Positions 8,568 through 17,883 of a stretch of 64,000 nt of DNA are shown here, piece by piece (the first letter of the stretch is position 1; each line of letters opens with the position of its first letter). The DNA comes from Candidatus Poribacteria bacterium (lineage in GTDB: Bacteria > Poribacteria > WGA-4E > WGA-3G): the NCBI GenBank assembly GCA_965215265.1, contig OZ244048.1, positions 3,616,001 to 3,680,000 on the forward strand. Direction: 5' to 3'. A model generated the notes under the pieces. It did no database searches. It saw nothing but the letters and a program-made list of their open reading frames with translations, and had not been told where the DNA came from. The translations under genes were made by a program, and so were the position numbers.

Positions 8568-11369
8568 TTACTTCATAATCACCATGCGGCGCGTCGTTTG
8601 AAACTCGCCGGTGCTTGCATCGACAGGTTGGACTGTAAATGTATAGAAATAGATGCCGCTCGCAGCGTAAGCGCCAAATTCATCTCTCCCGTTCCAATAT
8701 GCCGCTTTTTCTTGGCTTTGATAACTGCCTCGGTCTTGTATTCCAATATTCAATCGTCGGACAAGCCGGCCCTGTACATCGTAGATGTCCACTGTAACAG
8801 CAGCCTTCTGTGCTAAATTGTAAGGGAGCCAGGTCTCGGGGTTAAAAGGATTCGGATAGTTTTGGAACACGGTTGTCTGTTTAATATGCCCAAGGGTTGT
8901 CAGTGTCCGCGATGCCGGGTCAATGGAAAACGGAACGTCCTCAGAGAGGAATCCAAGGTCGATCGGATTATAGATAAATGCGGAACCGGAATTATCACCG
9001 GCAGTATCATTACCGGCGGCTCCGACAATTGCAAAGGCCCCTTGGATAGCCACGGATGCGCCAAACAGATCTGCGCGATTCGCTTGTCCTGCGACAATCC
9101 GTCGTTTCTGTACCCACGAGAGATCTTCTCGTAAAAAGGTGTATGCAGATCCTTTGTCAATTTCCAATGTTAGGTCAATCCCTGCCCCGAGGGGATGATC
9201 GTCTTTCCACGCGCCAACAAGTGCAGTATTTTGATGAATAGCGACATCGGAGCCGAATTCATCCCCTGCTTCGCCGTCAGTTGCTATCAATTTCGCCTGT
9301 TGAACCCATGTGTCTTTAGTTTCGACGTAAATGTAGGCGGCACCCATGTCTTCTCCGCTGCGATCTTCTTTGGGTGCCCCAATAATCGCTGCATCTTCGC
9401 TCAGAGCCACGGCGTATCCGAATGCATCCCCGACACCTGTATCGTTGGGTATAAGTTTGAGGGAAAAGTGATTCCAAGAATCACCATTGCGGGTAAAGAG
9501 GTACGCCGCGCCGGAGTCAGGTCCCGTAGTATTACTCAATGGGGTACCAACAAGGACGCTATCGCCGTTAACTGCTACAGAGAAGCCAAACAGGTCGCCC
9601 GGTACCGCGTCTGGATGTGTGAGTTTTGCTTGTTGTGCCCAATTCGTGCCGTTTCGGATAAAAATATAGGCTGCACCGGAATCTTCTCCGACTTCATCTT
9701 TTCCGGCTGCTCCAACTACAGCAGTGTTTTCATGGATAGCAACGGTCGTGCCGAATCTATCGAACATTCCGACATCTGCGCCGATGAGTTTTGCTTGTTG
9801 AAACCATTCATCTGCAACCCGTAGAAAAACGTAGACCGAACCTGCTTCAGGTCCGGCATCATCCACCCCTACTGCCCCAATAACAGCAGTGTCCCCGCTG
9901 AGGGCGACAGTACTTCCAAATAGGTCTCCGGCTTTTGCATCGTCAGCCACCAGCTTTGTGCGTTGTAACCAGAGTGTGCCGCTCCGTTCGAAAACGTAGA
10001 CCGCGCCGGCATTTGGCGCGGCACTATCATCTTGCTGCGCACCTGAAATGGCGAAATTTCCACTAATCGAGACAGATATCCCGAACTGTTCCTCGGATGC
10101 AGTGTCCCCGTCGCTCAATTGGACAGTTTCGACCCAGCCGCCTTCTTCTCTTTTTTCAAAAATAGAAGCGGCACCGGAGGCGAGTCCACCGGCACTATGC
10201 TTCGGGGCCCCTGCAATCACCTCATCTCCATGAATGGCGACAGAGAATCCGAGCTGATCTCCGGCACTCCGTTCGCTTGCAGCGAGTTTCGTGTCTTGGT
10301 TCCAGAACGGTGGATAGGTATGTGCAAAAATATAGACGGCCCCGACCGGCTCATCTCCGATAATACCCCCAGCTGCCCCAATGACAGCAATGTCTCCTTG
10401 GATAGCGACAGAAACGCCGAAAGCAGTTGCGCCTTCTGGATCTATGGGTATCATTCGTTGACGGATACGGTTTCTTTTCTGTTTCCACTCGGTGCCTTCA
10501 CGTTTATAGATATAAACCGCGCCACTACCGCTGTTTCGAGGAGAACTTGCGATTGCAAAGTCACCATCAACATCCACAGCATATCCAAAATTATCCTCTG
10601 CTTTGGTGTTATTCCCAATGAGTTTCGCCTGAAAGCTCCATCCGAATTGATTTCGTATAAAAATGTAGGCGGCTCCTGCATCGTTCCCGGCTCCATCGTC
10701 TCGGGTGGCCCCGATGATGGCGGTATCTGCATCTATACCGACAGAGAAACCGAAATATGCGAATTTGTCTGCATCCGGTGCATTGAGCCGCGCGGTTTGA
10801 CTCCAGTTTGTGCCGGTGCGCTCAAAAACGTAGACGGTCCCTGCATCGGCATCGGGTTCATTTGAACGGTGTGCACCGACTAAAACGGTATTACCATCAA
10901 TGGCAACAGAAATACCAAAATAGTCGCCTCTATTCTCATCAGATGCGACCAATTTCGCTTGCTCAACCCATTCGAGCCCTTGCCTCGTAAAAACGTAAGC
11001 TGCACCTGAGCGTCTCCCGGCACCAGTTTTCCTAGGTGCGCCAACGACGACGTAGTCACCATCGATTGCCAGGGTTGTGCCGAATTCGTCTCCTTGTGCG
11101 GCATCATTGGCGTGCAGTTTTTGATGCTGCACCCATCCGGTTTCACTTCGAAAAAAGACCTGGATGGAGCCAGCATTTCTGCCATTATCGGTATCATCTT
11201 TCGGTACCCCGATAATCGCGTAATCGCCGCTGATGCCAACGCTTGCTCCAAGGTTATCACTTACCACCGCGGCACTCGTAGTAAGTTGGACCCTATCAGC
11301 GTTACCGCCTTTTATCAAACCGATCGCCAGGAATAAGGTGATGATTAAAACGACTTGTAGTCTATTCAC
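8568..11369 (-). CDS. Secreted FG-GAP (integrin-alpha-like) repeat protein with NYPNP Ig-like C-terminal domain
   Basis: Signal peptide; about 14 repeats of FG.SVA..GD..VVGA...G.AY.F...W.Q..KL; C-terminal FQNYPNPFNPETWLPY...ASGIYFY. Confidence 0.9.
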   Translation of the reverse strand: MNRLQVVLIITLFLAIGLIKGGNADRVQLTTSAAVVSDNLGASVGISGDYAIIGVPKDDTDNGRNAGSIQVFFRSETGWVQHQKLHANDAAQGDEFGTTLAIDGDYVVVGAPRKTGAGRRSGAAYVFTRQGLEWVEQAKLVASDENRGDYFGISVAIDGNTVLVGAHRSNEPDADAGTVYVFERTGTNWSQTARLNAPDADKFAYFGFSVGIDADTAIIGATRDDGAGNDAGAAYIFIRNQFGWSFQAKLIGNNTKAEDNFGYAVDVDGDFAIASSPRNSGSGAVYIYKREGTEWKQKRNRIRQRMIPIDPEGATAFGVSVAIQGDIAVIGAAGGIIGDEPVGAVYIFAHTYPPFWNQDTKLAASERSAGDQLGFSVAIHGDEVIAGAPKHSAGGLASGAASIFEKREEGGWVETVQLSDGDTASEEQFGISVSISGNFAISGAQQDDSAAPNAGAVYVFERSGTLWLQRTKLVADDAKAGDLFGSTVALSGDTAVIGAVGVDDAGPEAGSVYVFLRVADEWFQQAKLIGADVGMFDRFGTTVAIHENTAVVGAAGKDEVGEDSGAAYIFIRNGTNWAQQAKLTHPDAVPGDLFGFSVAVNGDSVLVGTPLSNTTGPDSGAAYLFTRNGDSWNHFSLKLIPNDTGVGDAFGYAVALSEDAAIIGAPKEDRSGEDMGAAYIYVETKDTWVQQAKLIATDGEAGDEFGSDVAIHQNTALVGAWKDDHPLGAGIDLTLEIDKGSAYTFLREDLSWVQKRRIVAGQANRADLFGASVAIQGAFAIVGAAGNDTAGDNSGSAFIYNPIDLGFLSEDVPFSIDPASRTLTTLGHIKQTTVFQNYPNPFNPETWLPYNLAQKAAVTVDIYDVQGRLVRRLNIGIQDRGSYQSQEKAAYWNGRDEFGAYAASGIYFYTFTVQPVDASTGEFQTTRRMVIMK

Positions 11370-11383
11370 GGGTGCCTCCTACA

Positions 11384-12004
11384 CTATGTGCGAAACGTTA
11401 GCCGAGAGAGCAGCAGACCTTTGTCATCTCCATACCACAAATGGGTGCCATCCCACGTCAGACCATGGGGTTCACTGGGACAAGTAACGGCATCAAGAAT
11501 TTCGCCGGATTCTGGATGAATGCGGTAAAGAACATGTTCATTTGTGTCTGCATTCCAAAGTGCTTCGCCATCCCATGCGAGCCCGTGTGCTCGTCCCCCG
11601 GGTGTTTGAAGTTCAGCAAGCATCTCGCCGGTTTCTGGACATTGCTTTACAAAGCGCTGAGTGTTCATGTCGACACTCCACAAGTGTGCACCGTCCCATG
11701 CCAATCCATGGGGGCCCTCTCCGGGGGCTCGGAAGCGGGTAACAACTTTTAATTCCGGGACTGTGAGTTTATAAAAGGTTTGCTGCCAGATGCTGTTGTA
11801 CCAGAGATGTTCGCCATCCCATTCTAAGCCGGCTCCACCTGGGTAGGGCGGCGATAAAGTGCTTTGCACCTCTCCGGTTTGGGCATCAATTTTATGGAGG
11901 GGGCCACCGCCTTCAACACTCCAGATAGCCCGTCCTTGCCATGCGAGTCCGTTCGTGCCGGCTCCGGGAGCCGGAAATTGTTGTGCAATTATTCCTTCAC
12001 GCAT
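11384..12004 (-). CDS. Beta-propeller repeat protein (GLxWDG repeats; glutamine cyclotransferase/Vgb-like fold)
   Basis: Five GL(A/E/T)W(D/Q)G..(L/I)W repeats; ATG 12004 with GGAGG RBS overlapping the queG stop. Confidence 0.7.
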   Translation of the reverse strand: MREGIIAQQFPAPGAGTNGLAWQGRAIWSVEGGGPLHKIDAQTGEVQSTLSPPYPGGAGLEWDGEHLWYNSIWQQTFYKLTVPELKVVTRFRAPGEGPHGLAWDGAHLWSVDMNTQRFVKQCPETGEMLAELQTPGGRAHGLAWDGEALWNADTNEHVLYRIHPESGEILDAVTCPSEPHGLTWDGTHLWYGDDKGLLLSRLTFRT

Positions 12005-13250
12005 TTCTACCTCCACGGTAAGAAGTTCTCCCTGCTTTGCAGAGTGAATTCTTTTTTACCGATGTCAACTTCATTTCTCCGCCTCTTGCGGTTGATATCT
12101 CAAGTGCCTGTTTGAGTTCAGTAATAACCTCCGGTTCATCCTCGACTGCCAAACGAGTTTGTAATATCTGCTTGGCGGTGTCGCCGCCGATTTTCCCAAT
12201 CGCCCAGGCAGCATGTCCGCGAATTAGGGCTTCATCATCGTTTAGCGCAATTTTGAGTGCAGGTAACGCAGCCGGTGCCCCCCAATTGCCGATGGCAACA
12301 AGGACGTTCCGTAGGAATCCTCGGCGTTTAGCGCGCTTGATAGGGCTCCCCTTAAACCTTCTACTAAACTCGGTTTGCGTCATATTGATAAGCGACAGCA
12401 GCTTGGGTGCGAGGTTTCCATCGCGTGGTTGGAAGCCAGGTTCCGTTGTGGGTGTCGCTTTGCTGTTCCATGGACAAACTTCTTGACAGATATCGCATCC
12501 AAAGATAAGATTGCCCATTTTCGAACGAAGTTCCTTGGGGATACTCTCCTTAAGTTCAATTGTTAGATAAGAGATACATAGTCGCGAATCAAGCAGATTC
12601 GGTTCAATAATTGCATCAGTTGGGCAAGCCTCAATACACCGCGTGCAAGTACCGCAGCTGCCTTTCGCTGGTTGTTCTGTCGCTTCTAACTCGACATTGA
12701 TAAGGATCTCAGCGAGAAAATACCATGAACCGGAACGCCAATGAATGAGGTTAGTATTTTTGCCTATCCAACCGAGGCCGGCTTTTTGTGCGTACGCCCG
12801 TTCCAGCATTGGGGCGGTATCGACACAAATTCGGGTCTGGATTTCAGCTTCTGCGGCACGTTTAATAAAAACGACGAGATGTAAAAGACGTTCGCGAATC
12901 ACATCGTGGTAGTCATTCCCCCGGGCATATCGTGATATTTGCCCACGTCCGGGGTCGCGTGCTACCGTGTCAGGTAAATGTGGCGTGTAATAGTTTATGG
13001 CCAGGCTAATAATAGACTTCGCCTCTGTTAAAAGCAGGCGTGGATCTTCCTTGAGCAGCAAATGCTTTTCAAGATAGCCCATTTTTCCGGCGTACCCATT
13101 TTCAAGCCAGCACCGGTACCGGTTAATTGTTTCACTCCGTTCTGCAGGTGTAATTCCAACCAGTGCAAACCCCAATTCGTGTGCGCGGGACTGAATTTTT
13201 TGTGTTAAGGAATTATCCCCGCAAGCGGGGAGAAAGTTCTTAAACGTCAT
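11997..13250 (-). CDS. queG: Epoxyqueuosine reductase
   Basis: ISRYARGNDYH, VDTAPMLER, AGLGWIGKN, CGTCTRCIEACPT, CISYLTIE, FGCDICQEVCPWN, C-terminal HEAT repeats. Confidence 0.95.
   Translation of the reverse strand: MTFKNFLPACGDNSLTQKIQSRAHELGFALVGITPAERSETINRYRCWLENGYAGKMGYLEKHLLLKEDPRLLLTEAKSIISLAINYYTPHLPDTVARDPGRGQISRYARGNDYHDVIRERLLHLVVFIKRAAEAEIQTRICVDTAPMLERAYAQKAGLGWIGKNTNLIHWRSGSWYFLAEILINVELEATEQPAKGSCGTCTRCIEACPTDAIIEPNLLDSRLCISYLTIELKESIPKELRSKMGNLIFGCDICQEVCPWNSKATPTTEPGFQPRDGNLAPKLLSLINMTQTEFSRRFKGSPIKRAKRRGFLRNVLVAIGNWGAPAALPALKIALNDDEALIRGHAAWAIGKIGGDTAKQILQTRLAVEDEPEVITELKQALEISTARGGEMKLTSVKKNSLCKAGRTSYRGGRNA
12020..12051 (-). repeat. Palindromic element copy A, inside queG 3' end
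   Basis: Reverse complement GAATTCACTCTGCAAAGCAGGGAGAACTTCTT matches the 40821/46024 copies with stem-preserving changes. Confidence 0.75.
13209..13241 (+). repeat. Palindromic element copy B, inside queG 5' end
   Basis: GGAATTATCCCCGCAAGCGGGGAGAAAGTTCTT; encodes KNFLPACGDNS on the minus strand. Confidence 0.75.
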
Positions 13251-13256
13251 AATTAC

Positions 13257-14327
13257 TTATGGGAAGGTACCACGTGGATACGAACCGAGGATTTTGACAC
13301 TTTGACACAAAGTTTCAAGTTGTTCAAGTGCAGATTGGAGGTTTTCATCGGCAACGTGGCCATCCATCTCAACGAAGAAAATGTACTCCCACGGTTGAGT
13401 TCGAGAAGGTAAAGACTCCAAGTAGCTCATATTCAGCCGATGTGTCTCTAAAATTCCGAGCACCTCAAACAGGGCCCCGACCTTATCGCGAATTGTAAAG
13501 AAGAGCGAGGTCCGATCTTCGCCGTTCGGTTTCGCTTTATCATTACCGATAACAAAGAAACGAGTGGTATTATTCGGTTCATCCATGATGGAATCGGCAA
13601 CTATCGGCACTTGATAAATGTCACTGGCAAGTTTGCTTGCAATGGCGGCCGTTGCAGGTTCATTGGCGGCACGTTGTGCAGCAACAGAGGTGCTGACTAC
13701 CTCAATTTGTTCAACCGATTTCATAAACTGATTTAACCAGACTCGGCACTGTGCAAAGGGTTGTCGATGCGAGTAAATACAACGAATTTCAGCAAGAGGT
13801 GATTTTGAAAGCAGATGCTGTTTAACGGGTTGGAAAACCTCGGCACAAATCTGCAGGGGTGTTTTTTGGAACTGTTCTAACACGTCTCGGACGGTCCCTT
13901 GTACAGAGTTTTCAATTGCAACAACACCATAGTCGGCTCGTTCCGTCTCCACCTCGGTAAAGATAGCGGTTTGCGGTTGAACAGGAACGAGTTGAACAGA
14001 GGCACCAAAATGGCATAAAGCTGCAAGATGCCCAAAACTCCCAATAGGGCCAAGGAAGGCGACGCGCTCGCGTGCTTGTAATGCGCGCGATGCTGACAAA
14101 ATTTCAGTCCAGATCGCCTCTAGGGCGGCATCTGGGAACACGCCATGGTTTTTGGATTTGAGGCGTTGTATGATTTCCCGGTGCCGATGCGGGACATAAA
14201 CCTTCGTTGTACCAGTTTCTGCTTTTACAGCCCCGACCTGTTTAGAAATTCCTGCCCGTTTTTGTAACAGGGATAAAATCTTGTCGTCAATTTCGTCAAT
14301 CTGCTTGCGGTATTCTTTCAGTTCCAT
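13257..14327 (-). CDS. pheA: Bifunctional chorismate mutase/prephenate dehydratase
   Basis: N-terminal CM (RKQIDEIDDKIL), VAFLGP, IENSVQG, YSHRQ, NNTTRF, ACT domain LESLPS. ATG 14327 preferred to the upstream TTG. Confidence 0.95.
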   Translation of the reverse strand: MELKEYRKQIDEIDDKILSLLQKRAGISKQVGAVKAETGTTKVYVPHRHREIIQRLKSKNHGVFPDAALEAIWTEILSASRALQARERVAFLGPIGSFGHLAALCHFGASVQLVPVQPQTAIFTEVETERADYGVVAIENSVQGTVRDVLEQFQKTPLQICAEVFQPVKQHLLSKSPLAEIRCIYSHRQPFAQCRVWLNQFMKSVEQIEVVSTSVAAQRAANEPATAAIASKLASDIYQVPIVADSIMDEPNNTTRFFVIGNDKAKPNGEDRTSLFFTIRDKVGALFEVLGILETHRLNMSYLESLPSRTQPWEYIFFVEMDGHVADENLQSALEQLETLCQSVKILGSYPRGTFP

Positions 14328-14360
14328 CTTCACAGTATTCAGTTGCAAGTAAGGCGGCGG

Positions 14361-14416
14361 GGCGGGTTTACAAACCGCGCCTAGGCGCTCAAGCGTATTA
14401 AAAAGCCAACCCCGCC
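14361..14416. repeat. REP-like palindrome(s)
   Basis: GGCGGGTTTACAAACCGCGCCTAG plus a half-site AACCCCGCC; related to 43674-43697. Confidence 0.6.
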
Positions 14417-14431
14417 TGGCCGTCTATTCCA

Positions 14432-14677
14432 TTAACCGTTGAGTTTCCTCATGGCGGCAATCATTTCCTTGTCCGATGGGTTGTTTTTGACTATTTCAAC
14501 AAACTCTTCAGCAGTGATCTTATGTTCCTCCAGGAACATTTTATCTTGTGGTCACGGATAGATATAATCCCCGATGATGCCTTGTAATTTGGCATTGGCT
14601 TTATCGGTAATCCGAGCGAGCCACGGGAAATCGCCGATAATCATATCTCTGTGCCGTGGTTTCCAATCTAGAGCCAT
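14432..14677 (-). CDS. DUF5069-like protein, probable selenoprotein (UGA at codon 42)
   Basis: GGAGGTG RBS, ATG 14677; MALDWKPRHRDMIIGDFPWLARITDKANAKLQGIIGDYIYP-UGA-PQDKMFLEEHKITAEEFVEIVKNNPSDKEMIAAMRKLNG-TAA. The pattern PR..WL.R..DK...G..G.Y.Y.CP.D..FL...SD.E fits DUF5069 on both sides of the UGA. Confidence 0.85.
14516..14554 (-). promoter_or_regulatory. Bacterial SECIS-like hairpin immediately 3' of in-frame UGA
   Basis: UGA-CCACAA-GAU-AAA-AUGUUCC-UGGA-GGAACAU-AAG-AUC: 7-bp perfect stem, 4-nt loop with G in position 2, loop 19 nt after UGA. Confidence 0.75.
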
Positions 14678-14694
14678 GGCTTTCACCTCCTTTT

Positions 14695-17600
14695 CTATTG
14701 CGCGTTTTCCTCAAGTTGCCTCAAGGTTTGCTCTAAAAGTTCAACGTAGTGGCCATATTCAGCCCATTCGCCTGCCCGCTGCGCGGTTTGTGCTTGGTTA
14801 AAATAGCGATTTGCTCGTTCGATGAGTAGAGAAAGCGATGTCCCTGGCTTTAGTTCCACCAATGATGTCGCCGTAGAATCCAAAGCCTCATCGGTTGTAC
14901 TTGCTACGCGCGTGCTCCGTCCGAACATATTCACAAGTGCTTCGTCAAGCGTTGCCCCCCACACAACATTCTCTTTGTACCCGACAACAACTCGTCGCAA
15001 TTCTGGAATTGCAGTCTTTTCATCTTCGGATTGGATATAGATAGGCTCAACGTAGAGCAGCGAATTGTTCATAGGTAGAATCAACAGATTACCACGGAGG
15101 ACACGTGAGCCTTGCGTATTCCAGAGACTGATTTGCTGTGAGATATCAGGTTCTTGGCTTATGAAGTTTTCAACCTGCATCGGCCCAGAAACTAGCTCTG
15201 CTTTGGGAAAACGGTAGACAAGGAGCTGCCCGTATTGCGGTCCATCGCATCGAGCGGCTAACCATGCTGTCAGGTTCGGTTTATTTCGCGGGGTAAACGG
15301 TAGCATGAGCATAAATTCTGCCCGTTCTTCCCCCGGCAGCCGGATAACAACGTAATAAGGTTCTACAGGTTGATCATTTGATTGTGCGAATTGAACAACG
15401 GGCCGTTGGGGTGCGAACGGGCTCGCCTGCGGTGGTGGTGCCGCCTGTCTCTGTTGTGCATCAGTGTGGTCATATAATTCCCGTCCAATTTCCCACTGAT
15501 CCTCACCTGCGTAAAACGTTACCGGGTCTTTCATGTGGTAATCCCGGTATACTTGCGCTTGGATAAGGAACATTCCGAGCGGATAACGGATATGTGTCTT
15601 CAATTCAGCAGGCATCTCCTCAAAAGATTTGAAAAGGTTTGGGAAGATTTTGGCATAGCACGCAACAATTGGATCCTGCTCACGCTCCATCATGTAAAAA
15701 ACAACGGTGCCGTCGTAAGCGTCAACAACAACTTTGACTGAATTTCGGATGTAGTTTCCCCAGGGTTCGGCATCTCTCCGTGTTCTCGCGACTTGTCGTA
15801 CGGGGGATTCGGTAATTTTCTGCATTGAAACAGAATACGGATACCGGTGCGTGGCGGTGTAAGCATCAACCATCCAGACGAGTCTTCCATTATGGATGAT
15901 AATGTAAGGATCACCATCATAATGCAAGAAGGGGGCAATTTTATGAATGCGCTTTTTTATATTCCGTTCATAAAGGACCCGGCTCGTAGGTGTAATTTCG
16001 CCCGGCAAGATGAAGTTAATCTGGTTATCAAACTTCAACATGTAAACAAGTTTCCGCCAGAAAGAGTTGAGTGGTACACCGCCTTTACCCTGGTAAGCGT
16101 ACTCGGCGTATTGTTGCCCTTCTTGCGGATAATCAAATTCCAATGCCTGCGGCCGGTCTGGATGCACGATGACGTACCGGTCTGTCCGTTCCCCGTAGTA
16201 GATGCGAGGCCCTGGATTTTCGTTAAATCTGTGCGGCCATTGGGATTCATAACTAATTGGTGGTAAACCGCGGATGTACATGTTCGGTTTACCGTTATCA
16301 ATTTCATTCACTGGACTGAGAACTGCCCCGTAGCCGTGTGTGTAGGTGTACGTTTGCTTATACCAATCATTTCTGATTTCTGCTGGGAGTTCATCGATAT
16401 TGAGTTCACGTGCGGACAACATCACTTGCCGGATCTCATCGTCAACGGTGTATCGATCGATATCAACATCAAAGAAGTCGTATTGCGAGCGTAATTCTTG
16501 TAACTGCCGGAACGTTCTACGCAAGGGGCGCCAATCCCAGAGGCGGATGCTGTTGAGAACTGGTTCGTTTTCGGAGCTCGTTATCTCTTCATAAACGAGT
16601 TCTTCTGTGAGTGGGTATTCCTCTTCTGTCACCGTGTCATCCTCTAACCCATACGCTTGGAGCGTTGCCTTAATGTTATAGTTAATAAATTTCGCCTCTA
16701 AATCCTGTTTCCTTGGTTCAACACGCCACTTCTGTATTAGTATTGGGTAGAACTGGCCGAGGAGGGCCGCAACGAGAAATACCGCGAGTCCGCCGAACGC
16801 GAATCTGCTGCGGCGCAAGAAGATGCTAATAACAAAAACCAGGGCACAGAGAACCGTAAGAACTTGTAGAATTTGCAATACAGGCAAGCGTGCATGAATT
16901 GCAGCGTACCCGCCCCCACCGCGTACTACTTCGTTTGAGGTATACAACAGGTCAAACATGGCAAATCGATAATTCCATGCTCGAAACAGGAGTGTCAAGG
17001 CAACTAAAGCAAACAGGTGTGCTTTGACCGGAAACGGAGGTTGGAACCGTAATTGATTCGTATCGCCGGTGATTAACCCATGGAAAAAGTAGATGGCAGT
17101 GGAAAATACGGTTATCAACAAGAAAAGACCGAAGAAGGTTCCGACAACGTAACGTTCTAAGGGCATTTTGAAGACATAGTAAGTGACAGGCTTACTGAAA
17201 ATTGGGTCGCGAGCGGAAACAGTGAAAACGGTTTTTTGCCCAGTGTCTACCTGAATAGGTGTATTGAGACGGATACCGTTTTCAAGGACCGATTCAACAC
17301 GTGCTGTCTGATCGGTTCCATCTACTTGGACGATGATTTCATCGCCGACTTTGATGTTCTTCCCTTCTAACTCAGATGCAGACACGGGAATTTCAGTCGA
17401 GTTAAGTTCTCCTTCTACAAGAAGCGGTGTGGCAGTGCGGAAATCCAGCCCCTCCGTATGCCGATAGCGTAGATAAACCTCCCACCGGTCACTCGCTGTA
17501 TACCCCATTAGGATACTGAAGAGGACAGCAAGAACCAGTAGTCCCCCGTAAATTAACTTACGAGTGTTGCCACCGGCACCTATCAATTCTGTTCCGCCCA

Positions 17601-17856
17601 TAAAAGTGGGGCTCAGTTGTGCTGGCGTGAGCCGATAGACTAAGATAAGATTTACGATGAGGATGCCCAAATAGACAATGCCAACAACCGTCCCAATAAA
17701 AATTTTGGTGAAGAGAATTTTAGTGTAAACCTCGAGGTGATCTATCATCTTAAACCATAGATAATCAGGATAAATATTAATCCAGACGGTGGAAAGCCCC
17801 CCGAGGATTGCTAGAACTACAACTGTGATAAAAAAGCGCTTAATGCGTGAATCCAT
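14695..17856 (-). CDS. UPF0182 family membrane protein
   Basis: DYLWF, DPIF..YYVF, IRLWDWRPL, DVDIDRY, YTHGYG, PRIYYGE, NYIRNSVKVVVDAYDG, LLYVEPIY. Confidence 0.95.
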   Translation of the reverse strand: MDSRIKRFFITVVVLAILGGLSTVWINIYPDYLWFKMIDHLEVYTKILFTKIFIGTVVGIVYLGILIVNLILVYRLTPAQLSPTFMGGTELIGAGGNTRKLIYGGLLVLAVLFSILMGYTASDRWEVYLRYRHTEGLDFRTATPLLVEGELNSTEIPVSASELEGKNIKVGDEIIVQVDGTDQTARVESVLENGIRLNTPIQVDTGQKTVFTVSARDPIFSKPVTYYVFKMPLERYVVGTFFGLFLLITVFSTAIYFFHGLITGDTNQLRFQPPFPVKAHLFALVALTLLFRAWNYRFAMFDLLYTSNEVVRGGGGYAAIHARLPVLQILQVLTVLCALVFVISIFLRRSRFAFGGLAVFLVAALLGQFYPILIQKWRVEPRKQDLEAKFINYNIKATLQAYGLEDDTVTEEEYPLTEELVYEEITSSENEPVLNSIRLWDWRPLRRTFRQLQELRSQYDFFDVDIDRYTVDDEIRQVMLSARELNIDELPAEIRNDWYKQTYTYTHGYGAVLSPVNEIDNGKPNMYIRGLPPISYESQWPHRFNENPGPRIYYGERTDRYVIVHPDRPQALEFDYPQEGQQYAEYAYQGKGGVPLNSFWRKLVYMLKFDNQINFILPGEITPTSRVLYERNIKKRIHKIAPFLHYDGDPYIIIHNGRLVWMVDAYTATHRYPYSVSMQKITESPVRQVARTRRDAEPWGNYIRNSVKVVVDAYDGTVVFYMMEREQDPIVACYAKIFPNLFKSFEEMPAELKTHIRYPLGMFLIQAQVYRDYHMKDPVTFYAGEDQWEIGRELYDHTDAQQRQAAPPPQASPFAPQRPVVQFAQSNDQPVEPYYVVIRLPGEERAEFMLMLPFTPRNKPNLTAWLAARCDGPQYGQLLVYRFPKAELVSGPMQVENFISQEPDISQQISLWNTQGSRVLRGNLLILPMNNSLLYVEPIYIQSEDEKTAIPELRRVVVGYKENVVWGATLDEALVNMFGRSTRVASTTDEALDSTATSLVELKPGTSLSLLIERANRYFNQAQTAQRAGEWAEYGHYVELLEQTLRQLEENAQ

Positions 17857-17883
17857 TTTTCCCTCTATAGGTATAGTATTTTT

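Noticed and set aside
8900-11260. Periodic DNA similarity suggesting a repeat array
   Set aside because: Explained by FG-GAP protein repeats.
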